DNA from: Chitinophagales bacterium
GTDB taxonomy: Bacteria; Bacteroidota; Bacteroidia; Chitinophagales; JABDMM01
Assembly: GCA_013001465.1 (NCBI GenBank)
Contig: JABDMM010000128.1
Location: 257 to 64,256, forward strand
Length of the DNA stretch: 64,000 nucleotides
Direction: 5' to 3'
This document shows, piece by piece, positions 19,029 to 28,474 of this stretch. Both the position numbers and the translations under genes were made by a program. The notes beneath the pieces are model-generated. The model worked only from the letters and a program-made list of their open reading frames with translations. It ran no database searches and was not told where the DNA came from. Positions within the stretch are counted from its first letter, which is position 1; each line of letters opens with the position of its first letter.

Positions 19029-20337
19029 GAAATTCTCTAACTGCGCTGAATGAAACTATTTTATCTACAAAATATTCCTGAACTTTTATCACTTCCTCTT
19101 CTGAGGCTTTCAATTGTGCTAAAATATTGCTCAGGTGCATCTTCATATGACCATATTGAATCCCGGTTGTCACCAAAGATCTGATCGCTCCAAAATTTTG
19201 TGCTAAACCGGTGGCTGCCGTCACCATCATAAGTTCTGCTGCACTTGGGTTACCAAGAATATCAAGAGACGTCTTAGCCATAGGATGCAGATTCGTTAAT
19301 CCTCCTACCGTTCCAAGTGCCAACGGAACTCTAATTTTAAATTTGAAAATCCCGTCGGTAACTTCAGCGATCGTCAGGCTTTTATATGTTCCACTCATTG
19401 CAGCATAAGTATGAACACATGCTTCGACAGCTCTGAAATCATTTCCTGTTGCTATAACAACTGCGTCTATTCCATTGAGGATACCCTTATTATGCGTGGT
19501 AGCTCGGTGCACATCGAAATTCGCAATATTGACCGCTTTCACAAACCTACGGGCAAAGTCATCAGGAAGCATCTGGTGGCTGTTTTCATGTAATTCTTCA
19601 ACAGGGCAAGATACTTCGCACTCTACTACACAATCCGGAGTGTAATTGGAAAGGATAGACATGATCACTTCTATATCTTTTTCTTTGCCAGTGAAGCTTT
19701 CATACTTACTTGCCTCTTCCCTTAGTATAAGAGCTAATTGTTCGAGGATCGAATTAATGAAGTTAGCACCCATGCTATCGCATGTCTCAAAGCTCACTTT
19801 AAGCTGATAGTAATTTTCTTCCAGATGAGAAAAGTCGAGCAGTTGAATGTCACGAACTCCACCACCTCTTTTTTCCATATTGGCAGTAAGGTGCTTTATT
19901 CCATCGAAGAACACATCCTTCTTCCTTTTAAAAAAAGTATTGAGTTTTCTGTGATCACCATTAAAGCTAAAGTGAACCTGACCTATCTTAACTGATGAAA
20001 TTACTTTGGCTTTAAAACCACCTCTGTTAAGCCAGAATTTAGCCGCTTTGGAAGAAGCAGCGACTACGCTGCTTTCTTCTGTTACCATAGGAACACAATA
20101 GATCTTATCGTTAATGAGGAAGTTTGGGGCTACTCCAAAAGGGAGATAGAAGTTTGTAAGTGTATTCTCACTAAATCCATCGAATAGCTTCTGCTTCTCA
20201 ACCTCATCATGCCAGAAACTTGCAAATTGTTTCGCAACATCCAGAGGATTGTGATACAAAAAATTCTTAGCCAACCAGGAGATCTTATCCCGCTTGTTTA
20301 ATTTTGAAAATCCAGATACTTCTTTCATAGAATTCAA
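18994..20337 (-). CDS. mvaA: Hydroxymethylglutaryl-CoA reductase
   Basis: Motifs 'PMVTEESSVVAA', 'CDSMGANFINS' and 'ATTHNKGILNGIDAV'. About 447 aa. The 3' end overlaps the next ORF by 35 nt. Confidence 0.85.
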   Translation of the reverse strand: MNSMKEVSGFSKLNKRDKISWLAKNFLYHNPLDVAKQFASFWHDEVEKQKLFDGFSENTLTNFYLPFGVAPNFLINDKIYCVPMVTEESSVVAASSKAAKFWLNRGGFKAKVISSVKIGQVHFSFNGDHRKLNTFFKRKKDVFFDGIKHLTANMEKRGGGVRDIQLLDFSHLEENYYQLKVSFETCDSMGANFINSILEQLALILREEASKYESFTGKEKDIEVIMSILSNYTPDCVVECEVSCPVEELHENSHQMLPDDFARRFVKAVNIANFDVHRATTHNKGILNGIDAVVIATGNDFRAVEACVHTYAAMSGTYKSLTIAEVTDGIFKFKIRVPLALGTVGGLTNLHPMAKTSLDILGNPSAAELMMVTAATGLAQNFGAIRSLVTTGIQYGHMKMHLSNILAQLKASEEEVIKVQEYFVDKIVSFSAVREFLELIRTKSYKV

Positions 20338-20344
20338 TGTGTTA

Positions 20345-20352
20345 CAAAAATA
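20345..20352 (-). promoter_or_regulatory. Candidate Bacteroidota -7 promoter element (TATTTTTG on the - strand) upstream of mvaA
   Basis: Matches TAnnTTTG. It lies only 7 nt from the annotated ATG, so either the leader is very short or the true start is the Met at 20328. Confidence 0.3.
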
Positions 20353-20430
20353 GTAGTATAAAACTACCTATACAAATGGTTAAACACATTGCATTCGAAA
20401 ATGTTGTCTATAAAAATGTTCAGGAATAAG

Positions 20431-21840
20431 CTATTTATTGATTATCAGCTTTTTAACGAACGAATAGTTGGAGGATTTGATGTGGATCAGATAAGTTCCT
20501 GAAGGAATTCCAGTTAATTCTATCTGATTGCTAGTTCTGTTGTCAAATGTTTGTATTTCAAGGCCTTTAAGATCACGTACTACTATGTTTACAAATTCCA
20601 TACCTTCAGGAAGTGAGATATTAAATCTGCCATTATTTGGATTTGGGTAGATCGATACCTCACTACTTAGATCTCTTTCATTTATTCCTGTAGCCGATTC
20701 GCAGGAATCTTCCTGAAGTTCAAATGATCCAATATCCATTTTCCCATCGTAGTTCCTGTTTCTTCCTCGTTGATCAACTATTTGGTTTCCTATACTATCT
20801 CCTTTATTGATTGCAGGACTCAGACATATGAGAGCATGAGTCTTAGTAAATCCACCATTATATGCTAACGGTTCGATCAATGGATCGATAGGATTATCCG
20901 GAAAGCCAAAAATATCACCGGTAGAGCCTATGGCACTTGTAAGAAAGCTAATATCTCCGATCAAATTATATCCATGGGAAACAACATCAGTTCCATTTGG
21001 ATCATGTACATCTGGTCCGGCTACCGATGCTGAATTGAGCGCTATCAATGAATGTGAGCCGTACAAAAACCCTTTTTGATACACGTTAAAGAGACCGCCT
21101 CCACGTTCTGAGTCGTTGAGCACCATTGTGGTATGAGAAATATCAGTTAAGGCAGAATTGTAAATACCACCTCCGAATTTTCTGCACTTATTTGAACTGA
21201 GTGTAGAGTTGATATAGATAGCAGTGCCCATTAAATGGGAGACCCCGCCACCGTGGAGACCTAATGCCTCATTATTGTTTATTGTAGATCTGTCAAAAAT
21301 TACATATCCAAAATTGATCACTCCTCCACCATCGGAGTTGGCGATGTTTCTCTCAATTGTAGTTTCGATCGCGAATAGGTTTGTTGAGCTATCATTGTAT
21401 ATTCCACCTCCATACTCCGCTGTATTGTGAGCAACTCTACTCCTGAAAAGTGAAAGGTTCCCTTCATTGTATATACCTCCTCCAAAATCGGCAGTTCCTC
21501 CAATTATATTGACATAATTGATCCTGCACGTACTTCCTTTCGATATTTTTACAATTCGAATAGAATCATGGGTCGAGATCGTAAGATTCGTATCGGGAAA
21601 CCCTATTATGGTTATGTTTTTTGAAATAAGTAGTTCCGAAGAGTCAATCCAAATGGTGTCTCCCTTAAGATTTGACCCAAAAAAGATACTGTCACCACTT
21701 TCAGCGATGGAAATGACATTTCTAAGAGAGTTCACATCGTCGTCTTCTGAATTAGTAACGACATGCAGTGTTTGGCTATTTGCAATTGTAGCTAATCCGA
21801 ACATCAACAATGCACAGTAAAATACTGATTTACGGAACAT
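20431..21840 (-). CDS. Secreted right-handed beta-helix (Pmp-like repeat) protein with T9SS C-terminal sorting domain
   Basis: Signal peptide. Repeated 'GGGIYN/GGGVIN/GGGLFN' turns. C-terminus 'VSIYPNPNNGRFNISL...GTYLIHIKS...KKLIINK' is typical of Por_Secre_tail. Confidence 0.75.
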   Translation of the reverse strand: MFRKSVFYCALLMFGLATIANSQTLHVVTNSEDDDVNSLRNVISIAESGDSIFFGSNLKGDTIWIDSSELLISKNITIIGFPDTNLTISTHDSIRIVKISKGSTCRINYVNIIGGTADFGGGIYNEGNLSLFRSRVAHNTAEYGGGIYNDSSTNLFAIETTIERNIANSDGGGVINFGYVIFDRSTINNNEALGLHGGGVSHLMGTAIYINSTLSSNKCRKFGGGIYNSALTDISHTTMVLNDSERGGGLFNVYQKGFLYGSHSLIALNSASVAGPDVHDPNGTDVVSHGYNLIGDISFLTSAIGSTGDIFGFPDNPIDPLIEPLAYNGGFTKTHALICLSPAINKGDSIGNQIVDQRGRNRNYDGKMDIGSFELQEDSCESATGINERDLSSEVSIYPNPNNGRFNISLPEGMEFVNIVVRDLKGLEIQTFDNRTSNQIELTGIPSGTYLIHIKSSNYSFVKKLIINK

Positions 21841-21935
21841 TTGCTAAAGAATATATGATGAATGATCGGTTCTTGATGTTAAAGTTATAATTATTATATA
21901 TCTAAATCAAGTTTATTGTATAATCTTTTATTTTA

Positions 21936-22061
21936 ATAACTACTTCGCTGAAAAGATGTCGTAAAGGTTTAATTCGTTGCATTCATGAAAGTTCTTCAAT
22001 TTTAAGTATTCTATGAATGATATTGCTCCTCAGGTTTTATAATAACTTCAGAAGTAGTTAT
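21936..22061. repeat. 11-bp perfect inverted repeat pair (ataactacttc / gaagtagttat) flanking about 104 bp of the divergent intergenic region
   Basis: The left arm at 21936-21946 and right arm at 22051-22061 were read directly from the sequence. A third partial copy 'ataacttc' lies at 22042-22049. Confidence 0.6.
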
Positions 22062-22090
22062 ATTGAGATAAATCCACTTTTAAGCATTTA

Positions 22091-22480
22091 ATGAGTGAAA
22101 TACAAAAGGTCAGAATTGATAAATGGTTGTGGGCTGTAAGGATATATAAAACCAGATCACTTTCTAAGAAGGCATGTGAACAAAAGAGAGTGAAGATAGA
22201 GGATGAGGCTCAGAAACCTTCGAAAACGTTGCAAGGTGGTGAAATAATTGATATCAGAATAAACCACGAAAGTCGAAGATACAAGGTATTGAAGATCATT
22301 GAGAAAAGAGTAGGAGCTCCTATTGCGATCACTTGCTATGAAGATCTAACACCAGAAGTTGAAAAATCTAAAAAGTATATGTCCGCTTTCCATAAAATTG
22401 ATAAAAGAGAACGTGGAAGTGGAAGGCCTACAAAGAAGGAACGGAGAGAGATTGATAAGTATAAAGATCTGGATCAATAG
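22091..22480 (+). CDS. S4-domain RNA-binding protein (Hsp15/HslR-like)
   Basis: 'VRIDKWLWAVRIYKTRSLSKKACEQKRVKI' is a typical S4 motif. The C-terminal tail is basic. Confidence 0.7.
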   Translation: MSEIQKVRIDKWLWAVRIYKTRSLSKKACEQKRVKIEDEAQKPSKTLQGGEIIDIRINHESRRYKVLKIIEKRVGAPIAITCYEDLTPEVEKSKKYMSAFHKIDKRERGSGRPTKKERREIDKYKDLDQ

Positions 22481-23550
22481 CATGATCCTTCAAGTTCATT
22501 TATCCACTCCCTGATCAATGCAATGCCTTCTTCGTGCTCGATTTTCCTCCCGATTTCCGGCATCATAATACTCGGATCATTTGAGATCATGCGGTAAAGG
22601 AGAATCGAAGAATCTGCTTTACCCGGAGCAATATCAAAGTCGAGACCTCCTGTCCCTTTCCCGGCTGAGATCGGTGATTTACAAATTCCCAGGCTTGCAC
22701 CTTCTTTTTCTAAGACACTCAAGTTTAAACCGCTGGTATGTCCTGACCCATCTGGATTGTGGCAATGTCCGCAATTGATGTCCAAATATGATCGGGCTCT
22801 TTCCTCAACTGAAGCTTGTTTATCATCATAATTGGCAAATCTCCCGTAAACCGAAGTAGGATTGTCGTATTGAAGCAAGTTGATACTTTTCCATTTTTCC
22901 AGCTGATTTGCTAATCCATCGGAATACCTGATATCTTTGTTTAAGTTGGCAATTTTTGGTCCAATCGGGATGATCTTTTCTTTGTTCTGATGGCAGTTTT
23001 TGCATTGGTTTTTATCGGGAACAGAATAATTCAATTCTCTTACAGATCCGTCATGATGTATCCAGGAGATCTTCCTGTTTCCTCCTGCAAGCGCAAGAGT
23101 AGCATCGGTCTGTTCATCATTCCAGATATATGGTAAAGCGATCCAGCCTTCCTCTTCATGTATGAGCAATCGAGTCTCCATGATTCTCCTGCCTCCTTCT
23201 TCATTCCGAAAATCATCTGGATAGTAAAAGTTCTTGATCAGAATACTACCAACAGGAAACATGATAACCTCATCAGGGTCATCTACAGTAGCATGAGTAT
23301 GCTCAGGTAGCCAGACAAATCTTGCCTTGTATGCATAATCTGAAAACAGAGCAGCATTAAGATCGTAGGGAATAACATTTTCAACCGGATTTAAATCAGA
23401 CAGAGTACCTTTGAAAAAGTTATAATCCGATAGCAGTTTATTCGTGGACTGGCCTATAACATAGCTTACCCTATCCGTTTGATTACATCTGGATAACAGA
23501 ATAAAGAGCATTGAAAGAAGGCAAAATGCAATGGCTTTTTGAAATCGCAT
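22474..23550 (-). CDS. Diheme c-type cytochrome, HNE_0200/SO2930-like family
   Basis: Signal peptide and two CxxCH motifs ('CKNCH', 'CGHCH'). It is paired with a parallel beta-helix protein upstream. Confidence 0.65.
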   Translation of the reverse strand: MRFQKAIAFCLLSMLFILLSRCNQTDRVSYVIGQSTNKLLSDYNFFKGTLSDLNPVENVIPYDLNAALFSDYAYKARFVWLPEHTHATVDDPDEVIMFPVGSILIKNFYYPDDFRNEEGGRRIMETRLLIHEEEGWIALPYIWNDEQTDATLALAGGNRKISWIHHDGSVRELNYSVPDKNQCKNCHQNKEKIIPIGPKIANLNKDIRYSDGLANQLEKWKSINLLQYDNPTSVYGRFANYDDKQASVEERARSYLDINCGHCHNPDGSGHTSGLNLSVLEKEGASLGICKSPISAGKGTGGLDFDIAPGKADSSILLYRMISNDPSIMMPEIGRKIEHEEGIALIREWINELEGSCY

Positions 23551-23582
23551 ATTATAATATACGTAAAATAGGATAATTTGTC

Positions 23583-24797
23583 TTAAACGCTCACCGCTTT
23601 AAGTTTGCTGAGACTGCAGTCACATTCTGAAGGGTCTTCAGATACATTTTCAAATTCGTTTGGCGCATCGATGTTTACAAAACCAGCGTTCTCGTTATTC
23701 TGCACGCAAATCTTTTTTTCCGGAACAATTTCTCCATCATCTGAAATGGTCGATGGGTCAACGATCCCATCATAAATAATGTCCGGAGCACTCCCTTTAA
23801 ACAGGAAAGCGATCAATTTACCCATGTCCCGGCTGAGATCCGGCAGTGACATTTTGTTTTCATAAACATTGTTATGAATGTAGATTCCAGAGACATAAGG
23901 ATTATATTCCTCATCATCAAACGGTTTTTGAGTGATAAGATAACTCACCACAGCAGTATTAACAGATTTGTTGTTAGAGATCCTATTATCAAAAACATCG
24001 ACATCTTTGCAAGCCATCAGTAAAAGACCTGTTCCAGCTGGGATCATCGCTGCTGTGTTGCCTTTAGGAGCAAAATTTTTATGATTGTTTTTTTCGATAT
24101 CGTTATCGTATACCCGGATATGGCGACCGTTTTTTACTTTGAGCTCGGGAAGGTCAAACACTAAAATGCCACCGGCATTTCCTTCGCATCTGTTTCCATA
24201 TACATCTGCATAAGTGCAGTTCTCAACCTCTATCCCTGCAACATTATTGTATACATAGTTATTTCTGATCACTGAATTGGTTGTCTGACCTACATATATA
24301 CCGGCATCAGAAGCAGCGAAAACCTCACAATTCTCAACCAGGACATTTTTACTGGAGACCGGGTATAAACCGTAAGCTCCATTATCCGTCTTAGAACCGC
24401 CTGTCCATCCTATCTTCAGGTTTCGAAAAGTGACCCCGTCTGAATCGATCACTTTTATCGCGTCACCCTTTGTATCCAACACAGCAAGGTCTTCAATAAC
24501 GATATTATCGGCATTTGCAATAATCCCTTCCGCACCTTCTTCCTGCATCTTAAAAGACAAAATTGTCTTATCCATACCTGCACCTTTGATTGTGATATCC
24601 GAAACACCATCGATGGTAATAGAGCGCGTGAACTCATATTTGCCTTCAGGAATTTCTATCACAGCGCCATCTTCAGCAAGGATCAACATTTCTCTGATCT
24701 CATCACTATTTTTTAGTTCTGCTGTTGGGATGTTGGGTTTCTTGTTGCAAGACAATACAAGAATACCGGATAATATCAGAATGAGGTATGATTTCAT
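23583..24797 (-). CDS. Parallel beta-helix repeat lipoprotein (TIGR03805-like partner of the diheme cytochrome)
   Basis: Lipoprotein-like 'LSGILVLSCNK'. Repeated beta-helix turns ('NCEVFAASDAGIYVGQ', 'NNYVYNNVAGIEVEN', 'GNRCEGNAGGILV'). Confidence 0.6.
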   Translation of the reverse strand: MKSYLILILSGILVLSCNKKPNIPTAELKNSDEIREMLILAEDGAVIEIPEGKYEFTRSITIDGVSDITIKGAGMDKTILSFKMQEEGAEGIIANADNIVIEDLAVLDTKGDAIKVIDSDGVTFRNLKIGWTGGSKTDNGAYGLYPVSSKNVLVENCEVFAASDAGIYVGQTTNSVIRNNYVYNNVAGIEVENCTYADVYGNRCEGNAGGILVFDLPELKVKNGRHIRVYDNDIEKNNHKNFAPKGNTAAMIPAGTGLLLMACKDVDVFDNRISNNKSVNTAVVSYLITQKPFDDEEYNPYVSGIYIHNNVYENKMSLPDLSRDMGKLIAFLFKGSAPDIIYDGIVDPSTISDDGEIVPEKKICVQNNENAGFVNIDAPNEFENVSEDPSECDCSLSKLKAVSV

Positions 24798-24869
24798 GAT
24801 AGTGCTTTACCCAAAAGTACGTATAGGAAATCGAGATAGTTCTGAATTAGACCGAATAATATTCACAGT

Positions 24870-25949
24870 TTATTCCTGTGATTTTATTTCGTCTTTCTCA
24901 CCAACTCCGGAAACAATTTCAATATTGATTCCATCTGAAAGGCCAAGTTTCACTTCTTTTTTATCGAACTGATCGCTTCCATTTTTTAATTCTACATAGG
25001 TAAGACCATCCTTATCAAAGATCACACTACCTTCATTGATAGCCAGAACAGAATCCTTTTTATCTAAAACTATATCAGCATTAGCGCTAAAACCGGCTCT
25101 CAGAAATATGTCTTCCGGCAATTTCACAGAAGCCTTGATCTCGAACTGGATGGTTCCATCCTGGTCAACACCCTTTGGGGAAATATATTCCAATTGAGCA
25201 TCAAAAGTGCGATCATCAATTGCGGCAACTCGGAGTTGAATTGGCATCCCTTCTTTCAGTTTTCCCACTTCGGACTCATCGACATTCCCTTCAAAAATGA
25301 GCTGACTCATATCTGCAACCGTCGCGATCGTGGTTCCTTCATTGAATGTGTTGCTCTCGATAACATTTGTGCCTTCTTTTACCGGTACATCGAGCACCAT
25401 ACCATCGATGGTCGATATCACCAGATTCGCAACCTGACCGGAGTTTTTCGCAGCTCCTTCCTTAATGATCTGCAGGTTATTCATCGCCGATGAAAGTTCT
25501 TCAACAGCGAGATTGTACTCATACTCAAATTGTTCCAGCACTTGTTTGGAGATTACTCCTTTGTCGAAAAGCGCTTTCTGTCTGTCGAGTTCTTTTTTTG
25601 CTTCATCTCTTCTTAAAGTACTCCTCTTTACTGTGGCACTAGCATTGTTTAAGTTTTCACTATTTGGTCTAACCTGGATTTTGGCCAGAAGCTGTCCTTT
25701 CTTCACTGTTTCTCCTGCTTCGACATATAGTTTATCGATGATACCGGAAACCTGTGGTTTCATTTCGACCTCCCGTCTGGGTACAATAGAACCAGTGGCA
25801 ACCGTTTTTTTGATGATATCGGTTACAAACGGTTGAGAGGTTTTAAATACAACATCTTCTTTCTGAGTTTTCTTGATCATGTAGTATCCCAGGTAGCCCA
25901 TTAGGCCAAGAATGACTAAAATAAAAAATGCGAGAAAAACCTTTTTCAT
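24870..25949 (-). CDS. Efflux periplasmic adaptor (HlyD/MacA family)
   Basis: N-terminal TM helix, a lipoyl/beta-barrel pattern ('GIIDKLYVEAGETVKKGQLLAKI') and a coiled-coil hairpin. It lies downstream of MacB-like genes. Confidence 0.8.
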   Translation of the reverse strand: MKKVFLAFFILVILGLMGYLGYYMIKKTQKEDVVFKTSQPFVTDIIKKTVATGSIVPRREVEMKPQVSGIIDKLYVEAGETVKKGQLLAKIQVRPNSENLNNASATVKRSTLRRDEAKKELDRQKALFDKGVISKQVLEQFEYEYNLAVEELSSAMNNLQIIKEGAAKNSGQVANLVISTIDGMVLDVPVKEGTNVIESNTFNEGTTIATVADMSQLIFEGNVDESEVGKLKEGMPIQLRVAAIDDRTFDAQLEYISPKGVDQDGTIQFEIKASVKLPEDIFLRAGFSANADIVLDKKDSVLAINEGSVIFDKDGLTYVELKNGSDQFDKKEVKLGLSDGINIEIVSGVGEKDEIKSQE

Positions 25950-25965
25950 TTATTTATTGATTTAA

Positions 25966-27234
25966 TTATTCTGCTGATAATGCTGATACAGGTTTTATTT
26001 TTGCCGCAATAGAAGCTGGTATCAAACCGGCAATGATTCCTGTTATTATTAAAATTATTAGAGCACCAATTGCAATTGCGCTGCTGATCTCCGGGTTTCT
26101 AAAAGGAACATCGGAGTTATCACTCATCCCGGACATCGCGAAGGAGACAGTATCCAGAAGCATTATACCCAGTACGAGACCGAAAAACCCTGAAATAATG
26201 GTTAGTAAAACCGATTCCTGAAGAACCATCGCTATAATGTTTGATGGTCTGGCTCCGAGCGCTTTTCGAACTCCAATTTCTTTGGTCCTCTCCTTTACGA
26301 TGATGAGCATGATGTTTGCAATACCAATACTACCAGCAAGTAAAGTAAGAAAACCGACGATACCTACAAATGACTTTATCCCTGTAAATATACTGAGTGT
26401 TTCAAGATAGTTTTCCTCGCTATTGTATGATCCAATTGCGTTTTGATCTTCTTCTGCTACTTTATGCCGCTTTTTCAGGATGGCTTTGATTTTTTCTTCG
26501 ACAATGGATGCAGAGTATCCATCCTTAGCAGTGGCGGCATACCATCCAACCTTGTCTCCATAATTGAATGCCTGCTGAAATGTTGAAATAGGAATGAAGA
26601 TCTTTTCTCGTTCTTCATCAGCAGAATTCCCTTTACGTTTACCTGGATTAGAAACACCAACGACTTTAAAGTAAACTCCATTGATCTTGATCGCGTCACC
26701 AATAGGATCTTCATCTGGGGTAAATAGAATATCTCTTACTTTCTGTCCGATAATTGCCACCTTCCTGTTATCAGAGATATCCTTTTCATTCAGAAATCGA
26801 CCTGCATCGATTCCAACAGATTCTATATATCGAATTTCGGGATAGAGGCCCATGACATTAAATGTACCTGAGTTGTTTTTCCTTGCAACGATATTCGTAC
26901 CCTGATAACCTCCAAGTTGATTACATGGCGAGAAGTGTTTCAACTCTTTTACGTTTTCGAGAATGGCTTTGGTATCATCATTGTTGAAGCGGATAAACCG
27001 GCCGGGCTTTAGTCCTTTATACGGTACGGTTGTTCGACTACCCCACATCCAGAATGAATTTGTGGCAACTCCGGCCATTTCATACATCACACCATTTTGC
27101 AAACCATTCCCTGCTCCCAGCATGATCACCAACATAAATATTCCCCAGAACACACCGAACATCGTAAGTGCTGTTCTTAACTTGTTTTTGCTGAGCGTCA
27201 GCAATATTTCTTTCCATTTATCTATATCGATCAT
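25966..27234 (-). CDS. ABC transporter permease (MacB/FtsX family)
   Basis: MacB_PCD-type periplasmic domain between TM1 and TM2. FtsX C-terminus 'ERTKEIGVRKALGA'. Confidence 0.8.
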   Translation of the reverse strand: MIDIDKWKEILLTLSKNKLRTALTMFGVFWGIFMLVIMLGAGNGLQNGVMYEMAGVATNSFWMWGSRTTVPYKGLKPGRFIRFNNDDTKAILENVKELKHFSPCNQLGGYQGTNIVARKNNSGTFNVMGLYPEIRYIESVGIDAGRFLNEKDISDNRKVAIIGQKVRDILFTPDEDPIGDAIKINGVYFKVVGVSNPGKRKGNSADEEREKIFIPISTFQQAFNYGDKVGWYAATAKDGYSASIVEEKIKAILKKRHKVAEEDQNAIGSYNSEENYLETLSIFTGIKSFVGIVGFLTLLAGSIGIANIMLIIVKERTKEIGVRKALGARPSNIIAMVLQESVLLTIISGFFGLVLGIMLLDTVSFAMSGMSDNSDVPFRNPEISSAIAIGALIILIITGIIAGLIPASIAAKIKPVSALSAE

Positions 27235-27235
27235 A

Positions 27236-28471
27236 TTATTCGTCTCTTAATGCGACAACCGGATCAACCGATGCAGCTTTTCTTGCCGGGAAATACCCTG
27301 CCAGGACACCCGCAATCAATAAAAGTATAAAAGCAGCGACAGGAACATATACCTGTACTTCCGGATTTCGGAAAAAATTAGTGTCATCTGGTAAAACGAA
27401 GTTGACCAGTTCAAGTACGCCAATTCCTGCCATCATTCCAAAATAGCCTGAGAAAAAAGTGATAAAAACAGATTCCAATATTATCAACCAAATAATAGAA
27501 TTCGTAGTCGCGCCCATCGCTTTTCGTATACCAATCTCTCTTGTTCTTTCTTTTACTGAGATCAACATGATATTAGTAATTCCCACGATTCCAGCTATGA
27601 TGGTAAAGATTCCGACACACCACATGAACAGCTCAATTCCCGTAAACACATTCTGCATCATTCTGAAATCCTCATTGTTATTATATACACTCAAACCCCT
27701 TTTATCTCCCGGTGCCACTTTATGTTTTCTGCTGAGAAGGCGTTCAATGTTCCCGGCCATTTTAATGGTTTCTTTGAAAGGCTTTGTTCCTGTAGTAAGC
27801 ATCATCTGATGAATTCTGTCCTCACCTGCATAAGCCTTCTGAGCTGTAGTAATAGGAATGTAAACGATCCTGTTCTCGTTAATGCCCCCTTCATCTTTGT
27901 AAACCCCAACGACTTTATACAGTAAGTCATTTACTTTGATATATTTTCCTATTGGGTCTTCATCTCCAAACAGGGTGACCACAATATCTTTCCCGATCGC
28001 TGTTACTTTTCGTTCCTCTTTGATATCCTTTTCATTGATGAAACGACCTTGAGTAATAATGGTATTTTCAAGATATTTATGATCCGGATGGCAAGATCGA
28101 ACGCTGAAGGCAGAGCTCTTATCCCTATAGCTGATAGCAAATTCTCCCCACAAATAAAATCGACCGGTCAGATATTCCACACCTTCAACACGTTCTCTTA
28201 GTAAAGTGTAATCTTTGTTTGTAAACTTTACCTGTCTGCCGATTGGAAGGCCCTGATAAGGCACTGATGTTTTTCCGGAGTAGATCCATATCGAGTTGCT
28301 CGCATCATCATTCATGGTAGCCTGAACTCCGTTTTGCAAACCATTTCCTGCTCCGATCAAAACGATCAGCATGAATATTCCCCAGCTGACACTAAAAGCT
28401 GTAAGAAATGTTCTCAATTTGTTTTTCCTCAGTATACTGAAGATCTCTTCCCATGTATCTATTTTAAACAT
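27236..28471 (-). CDS. ABC transporter permease (MacB/FtsX family), paralogue of the previous gene
   Basis: Same architecture, with 'ERTREIGIRKAMGA'. It starts 1 nt after the stop-to-start junction. Confidence 0.8.
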   Translation of the reverse strand: MFKIDTWEEIFSILRKNKLRTFLTAFSVSWGIFMLIVLIGAGNGLQNGVQATMNDDASNSIWIYSGKTSVPYQGLPIGRQVKFTNKDYTLLRERVEGVEYLTGRFYLWGEFAISYRDKSSAFSVRSCHPDHKYLENTIITQGRFINEKDIKEERKVTAIGKDIVVTLFGDEDPIGKYIKVNDLLYKVVGVYKDEGGINENRIVYIPITTAQKAYAGEDRIHQMMLTTGTKPFKETIKMAGNIERLLSRKHKVAPGDKRGLSVYNNNEDFRMMQNVFTGIELFMWCVGIFTIIAGIVGITNIMLISVKERTREIGIRKAMGATTNSIIWLIILESVFITFFSGYFGMMAGIGVLELVNFVLPDDTNFFRNPEVQVYVPVAAFILLLIAGVLAGYFPARKAASVDPVVALRDE

Positions 28472-28474
28472 ACA

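Noticed and set aside
24430-24972. 180-aa ORF on the + strand
   Set aside because: It is entirely antisense to the beta-helix gene and the 3' end of the adaptor gene. The translation is Ser/Ile-rich and low in complexity, with no motifs. This is a typical shadow ORF opposite a real gene.
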